The notes: generated from the sequence alone by a model not told the origin. DNA of 32,000 nt from Geotalea daltonii FRC-32 (GCF_000022265.1 NC_011979.1:180001-212000), one strand, 5' to 3'. Shown: positions 16,489-24,096, counted from the stretch's first letter. Made by a program: numbers and translations.

Positions 16489-17358
16489 TCATTTTTCTTC
16501 AGAATAATCGTAGAAGCCTTTACCCGCCTTGCGTCCCACATAGCCCGCCTTGATCATGTTCCGCAAAAGGCCGGGAGCGGCGAAGCGCTCCTGCTTCATG
16601 TATTCGTGGAAGATGTTGATGACGTGGTAGCCGATGTCCACCCCCGCGAAATCCTGGAACTCCAACGGCCCCATGGGCATGTTGCAGCCGAGCTTCATGG
16701 CGGTGTCGATGTCCTCTGCCGATGCCACCCCTTCCTCAAGGAGCCGCACCGCGTCGATGATGTAGGGGACAAACAAACGGTTGACGACGAAGCCGGGGGT
16801 GTCCTTGCAGGTGATGGCAGTCTTGCCGATCTTTTTCGCCATCTCCAGGGCGAGATCTTTGGTGGCGGGTGCGGTCTGCAGGGCCGGGATCACCTCCACC
16901 AGTTTCATCACCGGCACCGGGTTGAAGAAGTGCATGCCGATGAAGTTGGCCGGGTTCTTCACCAGGGCCGCCATTTCGGTGATGGAGATGGAAGAGGTAT
17001 TGGTGGCGTAGATGGTATCGTCGCCGCAGACGGCATCCAGTTTAGCGAACAGTTCCTTTTTGACATTGATATCCTCGAAGACCGCCTCGAAGATGAAAGG
17101 TACGTCTTTGAGGCTCGCCACGTCGGTGGAGAAGCTGATCCTTCCCAGGGTCTCCTCCATCTCCTTCTCGGTGATGGTCCCCTTCTTCACCACCCGCTCC
17201 AGGCTCTTGACGATAGTCTTCTTCGCCCGTCCCCAGACCTCTTCGCTCATATCCACCACTTTCACCTGCAGACCGGCCATGGCGGCAATCTGGGCAATGC
17301 CGGCCCCCATGCTCCCTGCTCCTGCCATACCTACTGTTTTGATATCTTCAAGTTTCAT
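16489..17358 (-). CDS. hbd: 3-hydroxybutyryl/3-hydroxyacyl-CoA dehydrogenase, copy 1
   Basis: VGMAGAGSMGAGIAQ NAD fold. Typical Hbd length and C-terminal domain. Confidence 0.9.
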   Translation of the reverse strand: MKLEDIKTVGMAGAGSMGAGIAQIAAMAGLQVKVVDMSEEVWGRAKKTIVKSLERVVKKGTITEKEMEETLGRISFSTDVASLKDVPFIFEAVFEDINVKKELFAKLDAVCGDDTIYATNTSSISITEMAALVKNPANFIGMHFFNPVPVMKLVEVIPALQTAPATKDLALEMAKKIGKTAITCKDTPGFVVNRLFVPYIIDAVRLLEEGVASAEDIDTAMKLGCNMPMGPLEFQDFAGVDIGYHVINIFHEYMKQERFAAPGLLRNMIKAGYVGRKAGKGFYDYSEEK

Positions 17359-17399
17359 TGTCTGTTCTCCTCATATGGTTTAGTCAAAAAACTTGGTTA

Positions 17400-17504
17400 G
17401 CCACGAATGAAAGAAGCAGTTGTCGCGTCCCCCTTTAAGAAAGGGGGGTAACTTCCAATGTTTGTTTTCGATTTTCATTCGTGTTCATTCGTGTAATTCG
17501 TGGC
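17400..17504. repeat. Nested palindromic element (family B) with a CCCCCTTT-AAG-AAAGGGGG hairpin core
   Basis: Outer inverted repeat GCCACGAATGAA ... TTCATTCGTG (twice in tandem) ... ATTCGTGGC. Inner hairpin at 17429-17448. Lies between crt1 and hbd1. Confidence 0.6.
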
Positions 17505-17521
17505 AAAAGATGCTTTTAGGG

Positions 17522-18304
17522 TTATTCGTTCTTGAACTCCGGCCTTCTCTTCTCCACAAAAGCGGTCAGCCCTTCCTTGGCATCGTGGGTCTTGCTGTTT
17601 TCCGCCGAATATTTGCGCTCCACGGCCAGGGCCTGCTCCAGGGGAAAGTCTATCCCCTCATAAACCGCAGCCTTGATGTAACCCAGGGCCTTGCCCGCTC
17701 CTGCGGCCAGTTCCTGGGCGAACTGCATCACTTCCGCCTGGAAGTTCTCCGGCTCGATCAGCTTGTCCACCAGGCCTATTGCCAAAGCTTCCTGGGGGCT
17801 CATGGTCCTGCCGCGCAGCAGAATGTCCAGGGCCTTGGACAGCCCCACCAGTCGCGGCAGCCGCTGGGTGCCACCGGCGCCGGGGATGATGCCGAGCCCT
17901 GCCTCAGGCAGGCCGATCAGCGCTTTGCCCGAGGTCATCAGTCGGTAGTCGCAGGCCAGGGCCAGTTCGCAGCCCCCACCCAGGGCATGGCCGTTGATGG
18001 CGGCGATGACGATCTTCTTCATGCGGTTGAGGATATTGTTGGCACCCTGCAGGAGCTTGGAGAACTGTTCCGCTTCGGCGGCATCCTGGGCCGCCATCTC
18101 CTTTATATCGGCCCCGGCGATGAAGGCCTTTTCCAGGGCGCTGGTGATGATGACCACGGTAATATCTTCCATCTGCTCGGCTTCGCTGAAGGCCTTGAAC
18201 AGCTCCTGACCGAACACGCCGTTCAAGGGATTGGTGGGGGGACGGTTGAGGCTGATGGTCAGGACGCGGTCGTCCTTTTTCAGGGTTATGAATTCGTAAG
18301 ACAT
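17522..18304 (-). CDS. crt: Enoyl-CoA hydratase (crotonase family), copy 1
   Basis: AAINGHALGGGCELALACD oxyanion-hole/active-site block; 260 aa. Confidence 0.9.
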   Translation of the reverse strand: MSYEFITLKKDDRVLTISLNRPPTNPLNGVFGQELFKAFSEAEQMEDITVVIITSALEKAFIAGADIKEMAAQDAAEAEQFSKLLQGANNILNRMKKIVIAAINGHALGGGCELALACDYRLMTSGKALIGLPEAGLGIIPGAGGTQRLPRLVGLSKALDILLRGRTMSPQEALAIGLVDKLIEPENFQAEVMQFAQELAAGAGKALGYIKAAVYEGIDFPLEQALAVERKYSAENSKTHDAKEGLTAFVEKRRPEFKNE

Positions 18305-18366
18305 GGTAGTGCTCCTGTAGTTAAGGATGGTTCCCTTAAGGGATTGAGGGGATTTGCCTCTAGTAC

Positions 18367-18533
18367 GGCAGTCGTGGCATCGTCCGTTCGTTCTGTCGCC
18401 ACAGCTGCGGACCTTGCGGTGCCGCCCGTGTAATTATGCACATTTTTGAAGTGGCATTTCCCCTTTGTTCAACATGCGGCGGGTGTCCGCTCGCCGCTGT
18501 GGCTCGTCACTCACTCCCGATGCCACGACTGCC
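18367..18533 (-). repeat. Family A repeat, copy A4 (best-paired copy)
   Basis: Perfect 16-bp terminal stem GGCAGTCGTGGCATCG / CGATGCCACGACTGCC. Inner stems GCCACAGC/GCTGTGGC and GCGGAC/GTCCGC. Lies between the thiolase1 stop and the crt1 start. Confidence 0.85.
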
Positions 18534-18561
18534 TGCTCCAACAGTGTGCCTGGTAATCCTG

Positions 18562-19752
18562 TCAGCTCACCTTCAGCACAACCGATGCAGCGGTATCCCC
18601 GGCGGCGCAGCCGGAGAAAAGGAGATACCCTCCACCCTTGACTGCCAGTTCCTCGATCCCTTCGATCATCAATCGAGCCCCCGTTGCTGCCTGGGGATGG
18701 CCGAAGATCAGGGAGGAGCCGTAGTTGTTCATGTTGTTCAGATCCAGCCCCATGACCTTAGCCATGACGATGTCGTTGGCGGCGAAGGGATTGTGGGTCT
18801 TGACGGCCCCCAGGTCTTTGACCTTGATGCCTGCTTGATCCAGCGCCATCTGGGCTGAGGGAGCGACGGCTGCCGCCATGTGCGCCTTTTTGGTGCGGGC
18901 GTAGCCGAAAGAGACCACCTGGATCTCGATGCCGGGGTTGGTGCTCAGTTCCTTTGCCTTCTCCCGGGTGGTGACGCAGATACCGGCATTGCCATCGGCG
19001 GGATGGGTCTGGGCGCCGAAGGTATGCACTCCATCGGGAAGCACCGGCTTGAGTGTGGCCAGCCCTTCCCTGGTGCTGGTAGTTATCCCTTCATCGGCTT
19101 CCAGGAGAATCGATTTCTTTTTGGAGATCTGTACCTCCGCGGGAAACATGTAGCGTTGCTGGAACTCCCGATCCCTGGCCAGGGCATCCAGATACTGCTC
19201 CTGCCGCCGCAGGGTGACGGCATCGCATTCTTCGCGGCTGACACCGTACTCTTTGGCCACGTTTTCCGCCGTCTGGATCATGGCTCCCCCGGCCCAGGGA
19301 TCCCTGCCGAAGTTGTCCATGACCCAGTCCTCGGCAAGCTGCTGTCCGCCGGGACCGTTGGGATTGGGCCAGACGGCATGGGGACCGTTAGAGAGCCGGT
19401 CCGCCATGAGGCACCAGCTGTGATTGAACAAGCCGGTTTCTACCCCCATGCCCGCCTGGTAAATAGCGAAGGTGGAGGTGGAGCAGGCCTGGCTGACGAG
19501 GATGCCGGGGGAAGCCTCCGCCCCCATCAGGGCAGCGGCCCAAGGGCCTGAGTAGAACCACTGTTTCTGGTAGACGGTGCTGCCGACCAGGACATAGTCG
19601 ATGGTCTTCGGGTCCCACCCCTTGCTCTCGAAAAATCGCTTCGAGGTGGCGGCTCCGAGAACGATGGCGTTTTCGTTGGCCAGGGTTCCCTGCCACTTGG
19701 CGAAGGGGGTGCTGTAGTAACCGCGGTAGGGGATATAGGCTTTTTGCAACAT
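18562..19752 (-). CDS. Thiolase family acyl-CoA C-acyltransferase, copy 1
   Basis: Active-site blocks QACSTS (nucleophilic Cys), GHPQAATGARL (His) and SGCAAGD (second Cys); 396 aa. Confidence 0.9.
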   Translation of the reverse strand: MLQKAYIPYRGYYSTPFAKWQGTLANENAIVLGAATSKRFFESKGWDPKTIDYVLVGSTVYQKQWFYSGPWAAALMGAEASPGILVSQACSTSTFAIYQAGMGVETGLFNHSWCLMADRLSNGPHAVWPNPNGPGGQQLAEDWVMDNFGRDPWAGGAMIQTAENVAKEYGVSREECDAVTLRRQEQYLDALARDREFQQRYMFPAEVQISKKKSILLEADEGITTSTREGLATLKPVLPDGVHTFGAQTHPADGNAGICVTTREKAKELSTNPGIEIQVVSFGYARTKKAHMAAAVAPSAQMALDQAGIKVKDLGAVKTHNPFAANDIVMAKVMGLDLNNMNNYGSSLIFGHPQAATGARLMIEGIEELAVKGGGYLLFSGCAAGDTAASVVLKVS

Positions 19753-19793
19753 TGGTGTTCCTCCTTATGTAAATGCTTGGGTCTATTACAAGT

Positions 19794-19876
19794 CCCCCTT
19801 TATGAAAGGGGGATTTAGGGGGATTAGCTTTGGTCACCGATCGAAATCCCCCCTGCCCCCCTTTCGCAAAGGGGGG
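19794..19876. repeat. Three consecutive G5/C5 hairpins (family B-like) in the acs-thiolase spacer
   Basis: CCCCCTTT-ATG-AAAGGGGG at 19794-19812. GGGGGATT...AATCCCCC at ~19817-19853. CCCCCCTTT-CGC-AAAGGGGGG at 19856-19876, ending 4 nt from the acs stop codon. Confidence 0.6.
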
Positions 19877-19880
19877 TAAC

Positions 19881-21968
19881 TTAGATCCTGATCCTGCCGT
19901 CCACGGCAAAGGCGCCGTCTGCGAAAGCCATCAGCGGATTCATGTCCATCTCCTGGATCATGGGCAGATCGCCGAGCAGTTGGGAGGCGCGCTGGATGAT
20001 GTTCATTACCGCTTCCCTATTGATCCCCTTCTCACCGCGAACACCGTTCAGCAGCGCTGCAGTTCGGAGTGAGGAGAGCATCTCCTCCGCTTCGACCTGT
20101 GTCACCGGGGCAATCTTGAAAGAAACATCCTTGAGTACCTCCACGTAAATCCCACCCAGGCCGAACATCACCAGGTGCCCCAATCCCCGTTCGGCGGTGG
20201 CGCCGATGATCAGTTCCCTGCCGCCGGGAAGGAATTTCTGCACGAAGAACTTAAGCGTGCCGAAGTGACCCAGGCGGCGCTGCATATCCTCGACCGTCGC
20301 CTGCACCGAGGCGGCGTCCTTGAGATTGACGGCCACTCCCCCCATGTCGCTCTTATGGTCGATTGCCTCGCAGTCCACCTTGACCACCACCGGGTAGCCG
20401 ATCCGGTCTGCGGCGGCAACCGCTTCGGCTGTGTTTACCGTGACGCCCCAGCCCGCCACCGGTATGCCGTAGGCCTCGAAGATGGTGTAGACATCGGTGG
20501 CTGAAAGGACACTCCGTCCGGCCTGGCGGGCCTCTTCGACGATGGCCCGGGCCTTTGCCGCATCCACATTGGCGAACGTCTGCGGTTTGCCGATGTCACG
20601 CTGCTTCAGCCGGCCGTACCTGGTCAGGGCGCCCATGGCCTTGGCGGCGTCGCTGGGATTGGCATAGAAGGGGACCCCTCCCTTTTTGAGAATATCCCGG
20701 GTGATTTGGTACCGTTCCTGGCTCAGGTCGGTCATGAAGTTGCAAACGATCGGCTTTTTGCCCAGCCTGCTGACTTCGACGATCTGCCGGGCCACCTCGT
20801 GGGTGTCGGTGAAGGGGGCGGTGACGAAATTTATGAAAATGCTGTCCACTCCTTCCTCATGGAGGAGCACGTCAAGGGCGCCGCGGAACTGGGGACCGCC
20901 GGCGGTGGCAACAACATCGATGGGGTTTTCCAGTGCGGCCTCGGGAAACTGGCTTTCCTTCAGGCGCTCGATGGATCTTTCCGAGAGCTTCGGCACGTCC
21001 AGCCCGCAGGAGACGAGCACGTCGGTGGCGATGACCGCCGGCCCGCCGGTGTTGGTGATGATGCCGACCCGGTTTCCCTTGGGAATGGGCTGGGTGGCGA
21101 AGGCCATGGCAGCCCGCGCCATCTCCCCCTCGTCGGTGAAGGAGAGGATGCCGGTCTTCTCGAAAATCAGTTCGGTCGCTATGTCCACCCCGGCCAGGGA
21201 GCCGGTATGGGAGGAGGCCGCCTTGGCGCCCTGTTCGGTGCGCCCTGCCTTCATGGCCAGAATCGGTTTTTTTGCGGTTACTTGATGGGCAGCCTCAAGG
21301 AATGCTTTTGGGTCGGAGAATCCTTCCGTATAGAGGATCACTGCCTTGGTCCCCTCGTCTGCGCCGTAATAGCGGACGATCTCGGGGATGGAAATATCGC
21401 AGGCATTGCCGTTGGAGGCATAGAGACGCTGGCCGACCCCCAGATCCGCCAGGGCCTGCATGATCAGGGCGCCGACACCCCCACTCAAGGCCACCACTGA
21501 GACATAGCCGGGCTCGGGATAGGTAAAGGTGAAGTTGCAGTACGCCTTCAGTTCGGGATCGGAGTTGATGATTCCCTGGCAGTTGGGACCGAATACCCGC
21601 ACCCCATACTCCTTGCCCCGGCGCAGGAAATCCTCCTGGAGGCGTGCTCCCTCCTCACCCAGCTCGCTGAAGCCGGCAGAGTTGATGATGACCGCCTTGA
21701 TTCCTTTCCTGCCGCAATCCTCGATGGTCTGCGGCACGAATTTACTGGGAATGATCACGTGGGCTAAATCCACCTCTCCCGGGATCTCCTCCAGGGTTTT
21801 GTAGGCCTTGATGCCGCACACCTCCGGTGCAGTTGGGTTCAGGGGATAGATCTCTCCCTTGTAGCCGTACTTCTGCAGGTTGCGGATGATGACGTTGCCG
21901 ATGGAGAGCTCCTTGGTGGAAGCGCCGACAATGGCGACGGCCCGTGGTTTGAAAAGTGAATCCAGCAT
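19881..21968 (-). CDS. ADP-forming acyl-CoA synthetase (fused alpha/beta: CoA-binding, ligase-CoA and ATP-grasp domains)
   Basis: N-terminus LFKPRAVAIVGAS...YPLNP (CoA-binding). ~695 aa fused architecture typical of NDP-forming acetyl/aryl-CoA synthetases. Start is 2 nt after the upstream stop (TAG-CC-ATG). Confidence 0.9.
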   Translation of the reverse strand: MLDSLFKPRAVAIVGASTKELSIGNVIIRNLQKYGYKGEIYPLNPTAPEVCGIKAYKTLEEIPGEVDLAHVIIPSKFVPQTIEDCGRKGIKAVIINSAGFSELGEEGARLQEDFLRRGKEYGVRVFGPNCQGIINSDPELKAYCNFTFTYPEPGYVSVVALSGGVGALIMQALADLGVGQRLYASNGNACDISIPEIVRYYGADEGTKAVILYTEGFSDPKAFLEAAHQVTAKKPILAMKAGRTEQGAKAASSHTGSLAGVDIATELIFEKTGILSFTDEGEMARAAMAFATQPIPKGNRVGIITNTGGPAVIATDVLVSCGLDVPKLSERSIERLKESQFPEAALENPIDVVATAGGPQFRGALDVLLHEEGVDSIFINFVTAPFTDTHEVARQIVEVSRLGKKPIVCNFMTDLSQERYQITRDILKKGGVPFYANPSDAAKAMGALTRYGRLKQRDIGKPQTFANVDAAKARAIVEEARQAGRSVLSATDVYTIFEAYGIPVAGWGVTVNTAEAVAAADRIGYPVVVKVDCEAIDHKSDMGGVAVNLKDAASVQATVEDMQRRLGHFGTLKFFVQKFLPGGRELIIGATAERGLGHLVMFGLGGIYVEVLKDVSFKIAPVTQVEAEEMLSSLRTAALLNGVRGEKGINREAVMNIIQRASQLLGDLPMIQEMDMNPLMAFADGAFAVDGRIRI

Positions 21969-21970
21969 GG

Positions 21971-23218
21971 CTAATTACCCTCCTCAAGCTGTTCGATAAA
22001 AGCTTCGACATTGGTTTTGGTCTGTTCATCGGAAACGCAGCGCATGTCGTTGAGATCGCCGGAAATAACCAGGTGGGGAATGCCGGTTTCTCTTTCGAGA
22101 CGCTGGTGCAGCCCGTAACGGCTGTTTGAGTTGTAGGGACAGGTCTTGGCGTCGTGATAGATAATGCCGTCGATGGCGAATTTGTTGAGCATGGCCTTGA
22201 TATAACCTTCCTTGTAGGTGTCGGAGCGGACGATGAAGAGTTCCAGATATGCTTTAGCCATGCTGCGTAAGGGATCACTGTCGTCGAAGGCCGGGAAGAT
22301 CCAGCTGCTGCAGTAGGTGGAGGCGACAACGCCTGTCCCGAGACCGGAAAAAAGCTCCGAATGCTGGCGCAGCCGCCCCCAGATCGGCATGCCGTCCCAG
22401 TAGATACGGAAAGCTTCCCCCTCCACGGCCCCCACACCAGCAGAAATCCTCTGGCGCAGTTCGGCCAGCAGAACCTGGTAATAGCCAACAGCTTCCTGGG
22501 TTCCCCGCAGGACGACCGCCGGTCCCATGTGGATGGTACCGTCAAAGAAGGTCAGCGGGGCAGGCGATGCCGTGGCTGTCTCCAGGACCTCCTTCCACAA
22601 TTGGGTGCACTCCCGGGAAAGGGCCACCGTTTCCCGGAGCCTGGCCATATCCAGCCTCGTTCCGGTGATCTGCTCCAGTATGGGGATCAGGGCCTCGATC
22701 TGACCGGCAACATCGTTGATGTGGGCGGCAGTTACTTCATTGACATTCTTGGGAGAGGTAATACCGATGCAGGGGACCTTGAATTCCCTTGCATACCAGG
22801 CAAACCAGTCCTGCACGTCGCGACACTGGTTGGTGTTGTAAACCAGGACATCGGGTTTGGGTACGGACTCAATACCCGGATAAGCCTTGGCCAGAGGGGT
22901 GAACCCTTTCAGGTAGGCGCCGATGTCCGAGGTGAGGTAGGAACAGATGTCGGGGGAGTAGCCGATGGCTGTCGCCTCCGGTATCAGGTCCGTTGCCAGC
23001 CGCGTCGCCCCGAGCATGGCGGCATGATTCTCCGGAAAATGCACGGCAAAGCCCATGGCCCGCAGCAGTTCCGCCGGACCTACACTGGTGCACCAGGCAA
23101 CCTTCTGCTTTCCGGTGGTGGCGGATTCATTCAAGCCGAAGAAATAGTCAGCCATGATTTTGTTCATCAGGTCGGTGGCCTGGATCTTTTTTCTCACTGT
23201 CTTGCTCTCTTCAGCCAT
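21971..23218 (-). CDS. Single-subunit HgdB/BcrB/BadD-family Fe-S protein (2-hydroxyacyl-CoA dehydratase D-component-like; possibly double-cubane-cluster-type)
   Basis: Family-typical blocks KVAWCTS, SPDICSY, NTNQCRD, STYCSSW, DAKTCPYNS. I prefer the start at 23218 (M19 of the track ORF) because AAGGAG lies 6 nt upstream and it overlaps the activator stop as ATGGCTGA. This gives 415 aa. Confidence 0.85.
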   Translation of the reverse strand: MAEESKTVRKKIQATDLMNKIMADYFFGLNESATTGKQKVAWCTSVGPAELLRAMGFAVHFPENHAAMLGATRLATDLIPEATAIGYSPDICSYLTSDIGAYLKGFTPLAKAYPGIESVPKPDVLVYNTNQCRDVQDWFAWYAREFKVPCIGITSPKNVNEVTAAHINDVAGQIEALIPILEQITGTRLDMARLRETVALSRECTQLWKEVLETATASPAPLTFFDGTIHMGPAVVLRGTQEAVGYYQVLLAELRQRISAGVGAVEGEAFRIYWDGMPIWGRLRQHSELFSGLGTGVVASTYCSSWIFPAFDDSDPLRSMAKAYLELFIVRSDTYKEGYIKAMLNKFAIDGIIYHDAKTCPYNSNSRYGLHQRLERETGIPHLVISGDLNDMRCVSDEQTKTNVEAFIEQLEEGN

Positions 23219-24011
23219 TGCTGTCTCCTTGAGATCTGTCATCCAAAGCATAGAGGGCGGCGCCGATGGCACCTGTCAGTTGTGGGAACGGGGGCAGCAT
23301 GACCGGGCGGCCGATCATCTCTTCCGTCATTCGGACGATGTGGGGGTTGTGGGCTACGACCCCTCCGGTCATGACAACGTGCTCAGTCAGGGATTCCATT
23401 TCCAGAACCCTTTTGATCACCGAATAGAAGATCCCCTTGACGATATCGGCAACTTTTTTGCCATGGCGGATACTCTCCAGAACCTCCGTACCGGAAAAAA
23501 CGGTGCAGAAGCTGCCAAGTTTGACCATTTCCTCGGATTGGCCGGCCAATTCATTCATCTTTTCCAGGGGAAGATCGAGACGGGCAGCCATCTCTTCAAG
23601 AAAAGCCCCGGTGCCGGCGGCGCACTTGCGGTTCATTTTGAAGCTGCTGCGTTTGCCGGCACTGTCCAGCTTGATGATCTTGTTGTCCTGACCGCCGATG
23701 TCGATGATGGAGAGCTCACCGGAAAAGTAATGACGGCAGCCATTGGCCAGACAGCCGATTTCCGTCTTGCTTGTTTCGGTGATAAAGGGAACATTGGCTC
23801 TGCCGTAGCCGGTGGTAACAGCCCGTGCCACCTGGGGGCGGGTCGCTCCTGCCATCTCCATGGAAATGTCCAGACAGGCAGCGGCTGTTACGGAAAAATC
23901 GGTCCCGGACTTTTTGACGGCATGGCCGAGCAGAGTGCCTTTCCCGTCTATGACAGCAACCTTTGTTCTTGATGCTCCTATGTCCAGCCCGATAAAAACA
24001 GGATTGGTCAT
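23211..24011 (-). CDS. HgdC/BcrA/BadF-type ATPase (activator/reductase of the adjacent Fe-S protein)
   Basis: ASKHA-fold motifs GLDIGASRTKV and DIGGQDNK. Cluster-bridging Cys contexts NRKCAAGTGAFLE and GSFCTVFSGTEV, as in 2-hydroxyglutaryl-CoA dehydratase activator. Confidence 0.9.
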   Translation of the reverse strand: MTNPVFIGLDIGASRTKVAVIDGKGTLLGHAVKKSGTDFSVTAAACLDISMEMAGATRPQVARAVTTGYGRANVPFITETSKTEIGCLANGCRHYFSGELSIIDIGGQDNKIIKLDSAGKRSSFKMNRKCAAGTGAFLEEMAARLDLPLEKMNELAGQSEEMVKLGSFCTVFSGTEVLESIRHGKKVADIVKGIFYSVIKRVLEMESLTEHVVMTGGVVAHNPHIVRMTEEMIGRPVMLPPFPQLTGAIGAALYALDDRSQGDSNG

Positions 24012-24079
24012 TTCTCAGATCCTTTTTCCCATGAAGTGGAGAGAGGTGTGTTCTTATGCAAAATTTTAGAATAATGTTT

Positions 24080-24096
24080 TGCAGATTGCATGCCCA
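24080..24096 (-). promoter_or_regulatory. Sigma-54 (-24/-12) promoter for the ATPase / Fe-S protein / acs operon
   Basis: The minus strand reads TGGGCAT-gcaat-CTGCA, that is GGCAT-N5-CTGCA with correct GG-N10-GC spacing. Lies ~70 nt upstream of the ATG at 24011. A very AT-rich stretch lies just upstream. Confidence 0.6.

Noticed and set aside
12397-18433. Very long ORFs antisense to the annotated genes, e.g. 12397-13209 (+), 13010-14497 (+), 15063-16379 (+), 16606-17400 (+), 17420-18433 (+). The same applies to 1562-2476 (-), 21742-22545 (-), 22361-23302 (+), 28372-29319 (+) and 29339-30352 (+).
   Set aside because: These are shadow ORFs typical of high-GC DNA. Their products are low-complexity (G/R/H/D/L-rich) with no recognisable motifs. 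The opposite strand encodes proteins with clear family signatures and good ribosome-binding sites.
19794-19876. G-quadruplex potential of the G5/G6 runs in the acs-thiolase spacer.
   Set aside because: Only two or three G-runs lie close together on either strand. All are better explained as halves of perfect C/G hairpin stems.
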